NCBI GenBank assembly: GCA_021432655.1
Contig: MU271488.1
Location: 1 to 53,850, forward strand
DNA length: 53,850 nt
DNA from: Atractiella rhizophila
Taxonomy: Eukaryota
Reading direction: 5' to 3'
Translations under genes and position numbers: made by a program
Part shown: piece by piece, positions 1-12,470 of the stretch
How the letters are laid out: each line of letters begins with the position of its first letter
Numbering within the stretch: the first letter of the stretch is position 1
Notes under the pieces: model-generated
What the model was told of the DNA's origin: nothing
The model's input: only the letters and a program-made list of their open reading frames with translations
The model's database searches: none

Positions 1-1080
1 CTCAATGAAATGTTGGCGTGGAAAATCACGTCTATCAACACGGATCATGCATCAAAGCTTCTCTGCAATCTGCAAGCATGTCTGAGGGGAGCATTGATCG
101 ATTGACAGGATCACGCTCAGCAGCGATCCGTTCTACTGGCACTATCCGATCTCAGCAGAGTATTTCCGCACCACATATTAAAGCTTAATCCTATTAACCA
201 TGAACACCCCAAATCCAGCTCCATAATTCCAAACTCTACTCGATTCCCACCATCCTGCTTCATTTTTATGATCCTGAGACCTGAATGTTTGGTTCTTCGG
301 GTGGCTGGCGTCCGAAAGAGCAATGGTGACAATCGAGGAGATTGGCAGCTCGTTGACGGGGATTGGGGCGAAAATTTGAATGGTACAACTCGGTCGAACT
401 CCAAGTAGGAATCAATGTATTAATTGATTGACTGCGCTTGGACCTGCATTGCAGCGGAGTGCAGACCCCTCCGGATTCGATTCGGAAGATTCTCGCCAAA
501 GCAAGCAAGGTGCAAGCCAAACCAAAGATCGCGATATCGGCATTTCACCTTTCCTTGCTAACCGAAGCAATCAGGAAGCAGTACTGTTCCTGTACTATTG
601 TCAGTGAAGATAGGATCGAGCACTGATGCAGCCGAATGCAGTGTGATGCGAGGAGGGTTTATTTCTGATTCGTCTTTTGCTGATGTGCTGATATCTCATA
701 ATGTCATATCCGATTAGCTTCCGTCCTCTTGCAGCGCCGATTGCTGCAACATCGTGGATGTCCGTGTCCGCCATTGATAGCAGTTTTGGGAACTGTTCAG
801 TAATTTACAGCAATGATGTGGAGCCCAGGTACGGTTTAAGAAATAGACTTATTAATGACTGTTGCAGCCGGTGACAAATTATATCATGGACGCTGGATAT
901 CATGAAAATGATCCCGGCCAGAGCCAGAGTGCTCCGTCCTTAGTTCTCTCATGGGCAGGCTAGAATAGGCCGTGTAACAAGGTTTTTATCGATGGTGTCC
1001 AATAAACACAACAAACATCCTTACCGCCCTCCTAACATAATGAACAGCAAGAAATCTTGTACCAAGTTTTGCTACTGAGC

Positions 1081-4000
1081 TCACATGAAATACAACTTTT
1101 GTCCCTGGGTGCAGATATTCAGTGATCAATCTGTTATGAAAAAGACACATACTCGTCGAATGTCGTCGTGAACTTGTTTCAGTTTCCCACGGTATTGTTG
1201 CAGCATCCGTCCCTCCTCCAAGCTCCTATCCCCCGACGTGGCCACGGATTCAGTGTCTCCGGTTCCCGTTGCGTGGGAAAGCAGCAGCTATTAAGGCAGT
1301 GCATGAGGAAAGAAATGATTTATGAAGGGCGAACCTTCGCTCTGGTGCAGACATGATGTGCATACTGATGTTGCATCAGGCCGATTGTGCTAGCAGTTGA
1401 ATGCACTCACGTATGCCGGGGGAGCTGAAAACACTGTTAGTCTGCTTCTGATTGGGGCAGGAAATGCTTACGGATCGACACTGAGCGGGTGGATCGCGCG
1501 TAAGAGTAGGTGAGGTTGTAAGACAGTCCTTCCACATCATCTGCCGAAAGATTGTTTTCGTCGACAAGAATTGTGTAATGAGAGGACTGCTCTGCGGTTA
1601 GAGGTGACATTGATAAGACTTGAAGCGCACCTTTGATGTTCCAAGAAGACCAGCATGACTAAATAAACAAAAATGAGCGATGGCCTGTGACGGAAAAGAT
1701 AAATGTACCTGTTCAGATAAAAGTCCCATTCGCTGGTGGAAATCACACCCTGATCAACAACGGTGCCTGGTTTGAGATTGCCGCTCCTATCTCCATCAGG
1801 GGCTTGAGCAGAGAAACGAAAATTGTGTCGCTTTCCAACAACAATGAAAGTGATCTAGAATATCGACATCAACTATCTAGCCTCCTAGGATTCAGTGAAA
1901 GTGAACAGACCCGAGGTCGACAAGCAGGATCAGCAAGTTGGCACCCAACTAGATATCGTATAAGCTTGCCCTTCAGGAATCAGAAAGCACTCACGAACTA
2001 CCTTTGGGATCTCTTGCTCGAAGCAGATCGGGAACTAGGAACAATAAGGGCAATTCTAACAAGTGGAAAAGGTGCACACCTGTCCTTCCGAAATGCCATC
2101 ACGATAGAAGAGTAATCGCTTAGGAAAGATATTTAACTTGGCCTTGAACTGCAGTACAAGATCCTATACCCCCGTTGTTTACGTTTATTTGAAAGTGGAA
2201 CCTGCCATACTTTGACGAAGGTGGCGAGATCTTCCATCATCTCAACTCGACCTGTCAAGAGGTGTCGGAAGGGTTAGTTCCTTAACGAGAACACAGGTAA
2301 TTGCTGACTTGTCTGGACGCCAATGGCAGTGGAGTATTGGCTAAAGGTTTTGTCCATTGTAGCGACAACACCAACAATCGAAGGGGCTGACGAGTCCGGA
2401 CTGGGGTGATTAACGTCTATAATTCACTTCAACCTCTTGACAGTCCTGAAGCTAAATATGAGACTCACCCGCACCAAAGATTATTGTAGGCTCTTTCTGA
2501 AAGACTTGAGGCAAGGATGAAGAATGAACCGAATGATTTCTCCCGCCAAGCTTCACATTTATCTTCAAAGCTAGACTTTGAGGTCTGTTCCACAAGAATT
2601 CACAAGGATGTGCAAGTAAACTCACTTCTCCCAATATTGCCTGCCCCACTTCTTACTTTTTTTCATATCGAGACATTGGGAGGCAATCCCGAGATCAATG
2701 TCCGTCATCCATTTGATCCTGTGATAAATTAGGTCAATGTCACCGTAGCCACCGGTGGAAAAGTGGGCCATGATGAATCTTACGCAGCGTAGGTGGAATC
2801 TGGTGTACCTGGCCCCAGAAAGCAGACGATGAGGTCCGTCTTCTGCCCTGGAGAAGCCTTCATCAAAAACTGTTTCAGTGTCACTGGATTGATTTGCTGT
2901 CTGTCACTGAAGTGAACCAAAGCTGGTGCTGCTGGGCTGTGAAACTGGATGCCTGATTCACTTCGTTAAATTGATCCACACGAGATCAAGAGCCTTACCA
3001 CAGTCAGCACAGGCTCTACGAAGGTCAGCCAAGGCAGTCGATTGCTGGATCTCCACCATTTGTCGTGGACCTCCGAAAACAATTGCGAGCCAATGTTTGA
3101 TGGCTGATCCTACCTCGAACTTCTTCCCTTTGATTTCCCATGCTCCAGGCGTCGGCTTGAAAGGTCGGTTACCAGAAGTCTGATTCAAGGTCGGCGGAGG
3201 CAGAACTCTCGCTTGAACCTTCATGAGGTCCCTAGATTCAACGTCCATACCCCAGCTTCTCGGACTAGTGATCGTATCAGATTTCGAAAATCTTTTGGTA
3301 CGGAAAGCTCACCTAGGTCCGGTGGTTGGGAACAGGAACTGGAGACCACCTTTGATGTCACCCATCCTGACATTAGGGGCCTTCTTGATGAAATTCAAGG
3401 CGTCCTTTGTCTGTTCAGGTGTAAGCTTCTTTCCCCACTTTTGCTTCTACTCATCACTGACGTTAGGTCATGCCTTGTGATTCAGAGAGAAGAGGACAAA
3501 CCGGCTGGATCTGGCAAACTTCCATAGGAAGAAAAGCTGCAGCCGACACTTTGACACAAGGCTAGAAAACACTTTAGAAAGGTTAGGTCTAAAAAGTGGG
3601 AGTAAGCGTGCCAAGTTGGGTTGTTGCAAATTGAGCTGATAGTTCTGTCGAAAGTAAGTCTGTTTCACATCTCAGCTATACTAATTAATGCGAAAATCGA
3701 AGGAACTGACTTGGACATTGATTTTTCTCCCGTTATGCTCAAACAATATTTTACTAGCACTGTCTCCCAACCCCTTTATCGTGTAGGACCTTGTTTGGAC
3801 CTGCCCTCGCATGCTCAGAAACTTTCAGCTCATCGAGAGAGGAACTCACATAACCGGAAGTTCGAATCTTGACACCTCTCAAGAACCTCCCCAGTTCCAC
3901 CTTCTGGGGACCAGTCATGTTGTCCAATCGCGGTGCTGCATTCCGATATTTTTCCTGGAGATATGCTTGACAAACTTGTGATAAATTGCCTTGGCGTAAA

Positions 4001-4901
4001 AGAGGGATGCTCGTCGTGTCGACGTTAAGAATAAGTCCGCCAGGAGTGGGACGGAGGGAACTGTTGTTTGCTTCAGCGATTGTATGAGCTACAGAGGGGC
4101 GGCCCACACTGAATACCCTCTCCAGATCTCAAGACAACCTCCAAGGCTCCCAGTACTCTCGCTGGAAACAGGATCGGGAAAGAACTTAGTGCGTACACTG
4201 ACGTATTTCATCATTGGCTAAACAAATGGAATCAACATTTGTGTGTTGGGGACAGGTTAGACGAACACTGTGCAGAATGACCATTTGCAGAGCGTTTATC
4301 GCCCTCTGCATGTCAGCTGGTTGAACGCCTTGAGTTTGTACGAGGACTCGAAGGTCTATCGGGGCCACATATTGGAACTGAATTGGAAGCAGGCATATCA
4401 GGACATTATTCCATGAGATCCGAACGGGGAAGTTTTACCTTGACTTTGAAACGTTTTGTCCTGCCATCTTCGTTCAAATCGACCTCTCTCTAATCATGTT
4501 GGTGCATCAATACACATCCATATCTTTCCAAAAGTGAGAGCAGATCAGGGACATACAGCGCTTCCCGCACCAGCCAACTCCCCAATCTCCTTATTCGCAT
4601 ACATATTTTTCTTTCCATCAAACGCCACCGCGGCGTTCCCAAACGCTCTTCCTGCCTCCAACTCTCCGAAAAGTCTTCTCCCTAAAGCAGCCGGGAGATC
4701 TCCTCGTCCTCTATCATCGACAATCGTGACCTTCAAGAGCTTATTGGTGTGTTATGAAAAGAGCAGAGTGGGACAGACGTCATAGTGGTGGACTGTCCCC
4801 GTAGGTCTCTTCACTTTGAACGCGTTCACAGTAACATTATTTATCCTCGTTCCTTTGACCCCAAGTCCAGGACGTCTGGCTAGCTGAAGCTGGTGCGACA
4901 T
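1081..4901 (-). CDS. AGO: Argonaute (PAZ/MID/PIWI), multi-exon
   Basis: Manual splicing gives MSHQLQLARRPGLG..., SLRPTPGGLILNVD, ARVLPPP, LKINVKLGGRN, PTIIFGADVNHP, RVEMMEDL, FYRDGISEG, YARSTRSVSIP, YAHHVCTRA and C-terminal LYFM* (stop at 1081). Confidence 0.95.
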
Positions 4902-5495
4902 CTTGCAATATTGAACTCTCCCACCTCTTACAGCTTGATTTCAGACCGCTTCAGCAGGGAAGGGAAGCGGCGAGTCCGAGTCACAAGATGTGGGCTTGCT
5001 TTCTCATCTGAACTTGAGGGGAGAGTCAGGTTTGAAATACCAAAGATGCGTCTTTCGCGTCTACCGTCTGTCTGAAGTGTTGTATTGCAGGTGCTGAACG
5101 CGTTGAGGAACGCATTATGACTAGCCACATCTCCAACTTATGTGATAGGGACCCCCCAGACGATGCCACGGTGTGCGCATCCCCAGATTCCTCACTCATG
5201 AAGGATGCCATCGGGGAACTCCACTTGGGAAATACACGTCTCAAGAACACGGAGTTCATCTACAGAGCTAGCTCACCAGATGCACAATGAATCTAATACA
5301 CGATATGCCAACTCTTCCAGCCACTAGCCTGTTCAAGTTCCTCTTGCTACTTTGTCGATTCAGTAGATGAAGCACTACAAACTAGAGCCTGACTAGAAAG
5401 GTCCAGCGCGAGTGAAGGAGTTGCTTGGCTCTGGAGTTATTGGCTACAGGGAGCAAGACGGACACAAATAGAGGGGCTACAAGAGCGAGGCAGAC

Positions 5496-6864
5496 ATGCT
5501 TCCCCTTCACGCATCAATCTCAGGACGGCGTCGTCCTCCCTCAGTGTCAGCGAATTCTCGGTTTCGACAATTTTCTTTTCCACCTCAAGGAAGGGATTAT
5601 GAGACCTCTTCTTATCGAGTATGTAGCTTGTTTTGTGATTCAGGGCCTAGGATGGTGATGAATATTTGTGTGGAAGGTTTGGTTGCGCCAAAGGAGCAGA
5701 ATTACAAATCTTGCTCTCCTTGGGCTTCTTGCACTTTGCACGGTTGCAGTTCTAATGCATATACGACATTGGGTCGCGTACTCAAATCCATCTTGCGACA
5801 TTGTAAGCTTTCCCTCTATCGAAATCAACTAGATGGGCTGAGTTGAAGCTCAGAAAGAACCACCGTTGACGCCGACTCGAGAGACAGAAAAACACCTCTC
5901 ACATCTCATCCTCGTACCAGGTGCGCAGCTTGCTAACTCTTTAATTGTCGAGGAACTTACGCTGTGTGGTGTTTAGGTCACGCAATATACCACGGACCGC
6001 TCAGCGAGTCCAACCGCACCGCGCTACTCGATCCCTCCAACTGGGCATTGGAGTCGTTCCAGTCGCGTACATCACCACACACCTTCCTCTCACATATCTC
6101 AAAAGGGTTTGTCTGTCCCTGTTCAAAACGCTGGATCTCATTGGCAACAAGTTAGCGTGGAGCTGCTAGCTCAGGACCGGAACGCTCTACTAGTCTTTTC
6201 GGGGGGTCAGACCCGCGAAGAGTTTCCAAATCTCAGCGAGGGTGGCAGTTACTGGCTCATAGCTAAGACTTTGGAGTTACATAAGCTTGCCTGGGAGATG
6301 AGGCACGCAGAAGAAGGACAAGAGAGGGAGGAACGTGGATTGGCGGATTTACTAGAGAGAACAACAAGCGTCCGTCCTCTCCCTATTCACAAAAGGAATC
6401 GTATATTCAAACTATTTTCGTTTCATGTGCAGGAAGAATACGCACTAGATTCATTGACCAACCTCCTATATTCCCTCTGTCGCTTCTACGAATACACCTC
6501 GCACTATCCCTCAAAAATCACCATAGTCGGGTACAGCTTCAAATCCACTCGCTTCCTTTCTCTCCACGCTCACGCCCTCCGTTTTCCTTCTTCCCGAATA
6601 CACTACATTGGGATAGACGACGACGATCTTCCGCCCACCTCTCAGCAGGTGAATGGAGAGTCGAGGACGAGAGATATGTTCGCGGCGGACATGTATGGGT
6701 GTCATGGGACGCTGGTGGAAAAGAAGAGGCGCAGGAACCCATGGAGACGATTTAGTGGGTATTGGGAGAGCAATCCTCCTCTTAGGGACGTTCTCAATTG
6801 GTGTCCTTATGGTGGGGATCATGTTTTTAGAGGATACTTACCTTGGGATTTGGATACACATTGA
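5496..6864 (+). CDS. YOR238W-like / DUF218 Rossmann-like protein with an N-terminal TM segment
   Basis: Motifs HLILVPGHAIY, LLVFSGGQT, EEYALDSLTNLLYSLCRF, ITIVGYSFK, DMYGCHGTLVEKKRRRNP. Upstream exon RITNLALLGLLALCTVAVL is hydrophobic. Start exon is less certain. Confidence 0.8.
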
Positions 6865-7038
6865 GGGTAATCTATTGGTTAGACAGCGTCACATCGATGA
6901 GTTGGGATTGATTGCGTGAACTCTCTCTGAATTAACCCCTCGTTGGATAAGCAAGCAAGTGCAGCGCAACCTATTTACGACGACATTGGTCCATTATTCC
7001 ATGACCTTCTTTGATACATTTGTGAACACATTGTCTGA

Positions 7039-8748
7039 TTAAAAGAAAGCTCCGGCGTTCGGAGGGCTGGCAATTCCGCCAACAACTATCCCTAGAATTA
7101 GACGAAACAAAACAAGGTGGAAAAAAATCCTAACCATTCAATGGCTGCATCATGAAAGGTAAGTTTTTTGAACTGTTAAAAATGAAAGAAGACATACCCA
7201 GCTCGTAAAAAAGAACGACCACCTCTTCTCCTCCGAGCATACCTTCAAAAACGAGTCTATCAGCTCTGATTTCCATTTCATTCCAATACCCCAAACCCTC
7301 ACCTTCGATAACTCTTCCAAGTCGAACATTTCTCCAATTGGACAGCCCCAGAGACCGAGAATAGTCTCGTGGAGGTACTTCTGTCCCTCCGGCGGTGGCC
7401 ACCTTTCGAGAGAGGGTTGATCTGATGCCACTAGTGACAAGCGCCTGAGCAGCATCGGATGACGTAGAAAGAGGGGACGAACATGCAGCAAAGTGATTAT
7501 TCCACAAGAAGGCCTTCATTTCCTCGCTCTGCTCAATTCCTGCACTGTTCCCAACAGCAACCGCCAATTAATCGCCAAGCAGTGGAAAGAAAGAGAGAAG
7601 GAGGATTGGGGTAAGCGAACAATTCTTCTTTCAACGGATTAGCCTTCACGTTGTCGTCCAGCTCGCCATAAGCTTTGATGAAGCCAACGCGGATGAGCAA
7701 TATGTCTCCTCTGCGAAATGTAACGCCGGCCCACTTCGCACAGTCCTCGAGGTCCTTTACAGGGATAGCGGTCGAGGTCAGTGGCTTGATGGGTTCTCTG
7801 GGCGGATTGAGGGAGGCGAAATAACGTGGAAGGTCGAGGAGGACACCTCTGCCATTGACACCGTGTTTCGCAAGATCTTTCCCGTTGTATGTGAGGAAAA
7901 GCAGCAAAAATATGAAGAGACGCACTATGGATACCCAGTTTCGTGTCATCCGCTGAAGAAGCGGTATGTGCTTTGAACTCCCCAACTTTGATCGCATCCT
8001 CTTTCAGACCGTTGTAGAATACTCCAGTAGCAAGAACGCCAAAGTGTCGGAGTCCTATAGTTTGAACGTTCAATGGAGACCTTGAGTGTTATCTCCAGAA
8101 AGGACATACCATCTTAAAAAAATGCGTTTTGTTTCATTACTACGTTCCAGCTTGCGATAAATGCTTACCCCATTGCGTACCTGCGCCGTCTTCAGTTATA
8201 CACTCTCAGGAAGTGTGCAAAAGCTCACCAGCTTGGGAGTTAATGGTGAGATGGTCATCCCTTACAGCCATACCAGGATAGTTGATGATGAACTTGTGCG
8301 TCAAGCCCTCACGATGGAACGAAGGCTATGATCACGATTTGAGGATTCACTGCTCCAGTAGTCAAGATAGAAAAGCTGACAGCAAGTGGGAGGTGGAATG
8401 CCCTTTCCAGAAGTCAGAAGTGATTCTTCTGACTGTCCAGCAAGGGAAGACGAACCAATTGAGAGACACAGCTCGTCCCTTCTTAATTTCTTGCGCTGCT
8501 TCCTTCACAACATCGTCAGTAAGAAGGTTCACAGTGCCCAGTTCGTCATCCTTCCCAAAGAGTCCCCCTGTCAGGAGGTGTTCAGTGAAATAGCAGGGAG
8601 AGAGTTGAAATATCGGTCGCTTACAGGCACATCCAGGGTACTCAGGATGATCTGAACCAGTACCGTCAACTACCAACCAGTCAAATGAGGGAAAGAGCGT
8701 ACCAGGAAGATGAGGCAAGTCTTTATAGTCAGGTAATTCGAGTGGCAT
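7039..8748 (-). CDS. Putative cyclase / kynurenine formamidase-like metal-dependent hydrolase
   Basis: DDELGTVNLLT...IKKGRAVSLN, GRGVLLD, GDILLIRVG, LHETILGLWGCPIGEMFDLEELS, C-terminal GIASPPNAGAFF*. Confidence 0.88.
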
Positions 8749-9364
8749 TATGGCTTTCTGAGGCTCGCGCGCTTTCGACGAAATGCTCAAAGTCAGGCTC
8801 AAAGGGAGGGGGGAAATTGAGAAGGGGGGAGAAAGGAGATGGATGGTCTTTTATCCGCTTCTTCCCCCTCTGCTAAATCCGGTGACCACAGTCGTTTTGA
8901 CATCCTGAATCTGAATAGCCCCGCACGCTCACTCAGGCACAGAACTGACCAATAGCCGGATGGACTGTCCGACCTAACGACGACGCCGGAGGGCGGCCAA
9001 GAATCCAGATTGGCTAGGGGCTGAAGTGGTAAAGGTGAAGCGTTTGAGAGTGCACGGGAACAGGGAAGGAAGCGGAGGAGGCGCGAGAGGAACACGGAAT
9101 GTTCGACGAGAATCACAGGTCTGGTAGGAGCATCAATCATTCCGTGATGGGAATATAATTACGAGCGAATTGTAGGTCGACTAGCTACTGTGGAAAGAAC
9201 ATCATCGTCAACATCGACCTTCAATGACAGGGCAAGAAATCGTCCGAGTCCAAAAAATGCAACACAACAGATCAATAAAGATACTCATCTCTTATCGTGA
9301 TGTCGTATCAATCGTTCACCGTTCAACCGTAAGGGTCATCACTGGAGAGACGTAAAAAGAAGAG

Positions 9365-10738
9365 CTAAACATCCCAAGCTCTCGGGACGATAGCCACGGG
9401 GAGCACCCAAGTAGCGGCGAGGATGACACCATTTCCTTTATCCTGACTTGTTATCGCCTATGCCCAGGGTTATAGCAAAGTCATACATCACGTTCGCTTC
9501 TGGGAATTCGGAACGCACCTTCCACTCCATGTCCGCCCACATACTCAGGTACCTTATGAACGGCGTGAGTTCCGCTGCTCCTCCTGCCGTCGCAAAGGTC
9601 GAGAGAAAGGTGAAGAACGTTCCAGAGACGGAGTGGACCGTAGATAGGTAGCGTATGGTCGGAGGCGGGAGGAAAAGTTCATATCCCCACCAATCTATTG
9701 AGTCACAATGTCCATTGAGCATTCTGCAATAATAAAGGGGGAACGAGAGATGGATAGAAGTGGAAAGGTAGAGGACTCACAAATAAAAACGCTCATACGA
9801 TCCACTGGTACATCTCCTACCTCTCTCCCCGTCGCGTTGACCAAAGTGGCTGACACATCAGCCATCACGCTGTAGGCACCAGAGGATGTGCCGGCTTGTC
9901 CAACAATGTCACCGGGGGATGGAATAAAGCCTGGGAGGGCGAGAAGGTTCTGAAAGCCAGTGTCTGGGGGAGGAGCAGAGTTGGCACGTTGGGGAGGATG
10001 GACGTGAGGCTGTGAATCCTTCGCGTCTCCATCGAGCTTCTTTGATGACAGCTTCACGACATCCTCCTCCCCGCATTCAAGACATATCTTCTTCGCATTC
10101 TTCAACAAAGCATCTTCCTCCTCATCCCTCTCCTTTCCGGCCACGCCGACTCCAACACCCTTCTTTCTTCCATCCGCCTCCTTCGTAGGAGGTTTCTGTA
10201 TTCGCTTGAGCTCTCCCACGATTCGTCTAGCCTTGTCCGGTTTCGTCAATTGGCTTTTGACTTTATTTAAATCTGCTTTGTTCTTCCCAGGGTCGGGAGA
10301 AGTACCGGAAATGAATGAGTAGATGGCGAGAGCGGAGGCTGCAGCGCTGTTGGACTGAGATTGTGGAGATCGTTTCAATTTGAGACCCGCGCGTGCGTTC
10401 ACGCCCTGCACGAGGGGTGTAGAGACGTTTGTGGTGGAGGAACCGAATTTCTTCATTCCCCAAAACGGGGCCTTCGCGTTCTCTTTCGAATTCGAGGGAG
10501 CTTCGGCGGAAGGAGACAGGGGAGATAAGGGTGTAGGCGGAGTGGATTCTGATTCTGGCTCGCTGACGATAAGAGCGGGTACTCCTTGTTCTGGATCTTC
10601 TGAGTCTTCTAGGGACAGGGATTGGGAGGGACTTTCCGTGGAAGGTTGAGACTTTGAGCGGAAGACTGCAACGGGAAGGGGAGGGAGGGAGAGAATCCGT
10701 CGACGTTTAGAGATTGCAGGCGCTGTAGATGTAGCCAT
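9365..10738 (-). CDS. Conserved fungal hypothetical protein (disordered N-terminus, conserved-looking C-terminal domain)
   Basis: Long S/P/K-rich exon 1, then spliced DRMSVF..WWGYELFLPPPT...PFIRYLSMWADMEW...GVILAATWVLPVAIVPRAWDV*. Confidence 0.75.
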
Positions 10739-10757
10739 CTTGTGTTGCTGGATATAT

Positions 10758-12076
10758 TCTAGATTGAGCTACGTTAGGTAGATATGGAGACAAAATGCTG
10801 AATTGGGCGTCGAACTCGAGGATAGGGGTCGATTCGCTCGCCGACTGCTAATTTTGTGTCAGGGGCTGCGTGGTGGGACTCAGAGACTGCCAGTAAGTGA
10901 TGGAACACACCAATGCAAGGTCTCCTCGCACAGAACACGAGCCAAAGGTGGCTCTCTCAACCAGAAATTGTTCAAATTGTCGATCGGTCCGGAGCCGAGA
11001 GGGTAGGTCGGGTAGTGTTCTAATCTGCTTTTATTTCGACCAACACCAAACGAGAAGTGACTCTGTAGGGAAGGAACTGTGAGGGAGAGATAGCTTAAAG
11101 ATATAATAGGTCATTGCAAGCTAGGTATTGTGTATAGTGAAGTTGGACTTGATGTGCGTGTTTGCTCTACCAGCGCTGGGTGCACGAGCTTGGAGGCAAC
11201 TTGCTTTAGGGCTGCCTCCGTGTATGCAAAAGAGCAAAGCAGTCTTCGTTATGGTAGTAGGCGCAGCGCGTTTTTAGTCCCGAACATACAGAACGACGTG
11301 GAATAGCCTTGAGACCTAATACTCAGGCTGTCCAGTCTTGCTCGTTCCTCTAGCATCGCTCACTCACACATAATCAGAATGTGCCATTACTGAGCTTTAT
11401 ATTATTGCTAGTTCTAAGCGATGGGTCAGAATCTCTCCACCCTCGCTCGTCCAAGCATCGTTCTTCCCACCTCCTACCTATCTGAGCTCGGCGGCGACCT
11501 CGAATACGACAAATCGTAAGTATCGTCTCCTTCATGCACCTCTACTTCCATTCTCGTCGTCTGAAGCTTACTGTCCTTTACCTGTTCCCAGACTTTCAAG
11601 CTCACGCTTTCTCAAGACTATCAAAGGTCGTCATCGATCAGGTGCCCTCGTAATAAAGGTCTTTCTTAAACCTGACACCTCTCTTTCTCTCCGTACTTTG
11701 GTTCGGAAGCTCAAATGTGTGTTATTTCGATACCCGTATAGGAAGAGGACGAGAAATAACCCTAGATGAGGAACAGCAGAGAAAGAAGAGCTCGCTCTCA
11801 TACCCAATGTCTTGCCTTACGATCGAATACTCGAGACTGAGAAAGCAGGATACCTCATTCGTTCGTGGAAACATATCAGCCTTTACGATCGAATTTCGAC
11901 CCGTCCGTTTCTCAAGGAGGTGGAGAAGAAATGGATCGTCTTTCAGCTTCTGACTGCCCTAAGGGATTGTCGAGAGGCGAAGGTATTTTCTTGTTCCTTC
12001 TGAGTTTGTGGGTCTGCCACTGAGAGAGGTGCAGATTTCTCACGGCGACATCAAGAGCGAGAACATCCTCCTCACA
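10758..12076 (+). repeat. Copy A of a ~1.3-kb direct repeat (VPS15 promoter plus 5' exons)
   Basis: Aligns by eye to 12468-13768 with scattered SNPs and a 17-nt indel near 11095. Confidence 0.95.
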
Positions 12077-12435
12077 ACCTCTCTCCATCTGTACCTCTCC
12101 GACTTTGCCCCCTTCAAACCTACCTACTTGCCCATCGACAACCCATCAGACTTCTCCTACTTCTTCGACACCTCCTCTCGTCGTGCCTGCTACATTGCCC
12201 CCGAAAGGTTCTACGCCGCAGGGAGCGAGGTGGCGAAGAAGAAGGCGGAATTGGAGATGGGAAAGAGGGATGGAAAAGTGACGGAGGCTATGGATGTGTT
12301 CAGTGCGGGGTGTGTAGTTATGGAACTGTGGAGGGAGGGGAGGATTGGTTGGACTTTGAGTGGACTTTTCAAATATAAGGATGGGGGAGAGGAAGGAGAG
12401 AAGGACCGGGAAACTATGCTCAAGGAGATTGAGGA

Positions 12436-12438
<3 letters not shown>
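11421..12438 (+). pseudogene. VPS15: VPS15 5' fragment (kinase-like domain), truncated at a poly-A run; probably an assembly fragment
   Basis: MGQNLS myristoylation motif, LYDRISTRPFL, HGDIKSENIL, DFAPFKP, YIAPERF, MDVFSAGCV. Introns retained. Ends at A29. Confidence 0.8.

Positions 12439-12467
<29 letters not shown>
12439..12467 (+). repeat. A29 homopolymer at the duplication junction
   Basis: Seen directly between VPS15 copy A and repeat copy B. Confidence 0.98.

Positions 12468-12470
<3 letters not shown>

Noticed and set aside
1..900. Possible small spliced Cys-rich gene
   Set aside because: Splice-like signals are present, but no consistent open frame or recognisable product.
11421..12467. 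Processed (retro) pseudogene of VPS15 because of the poly-A
   Set aside because: Introns and promoter are retained.
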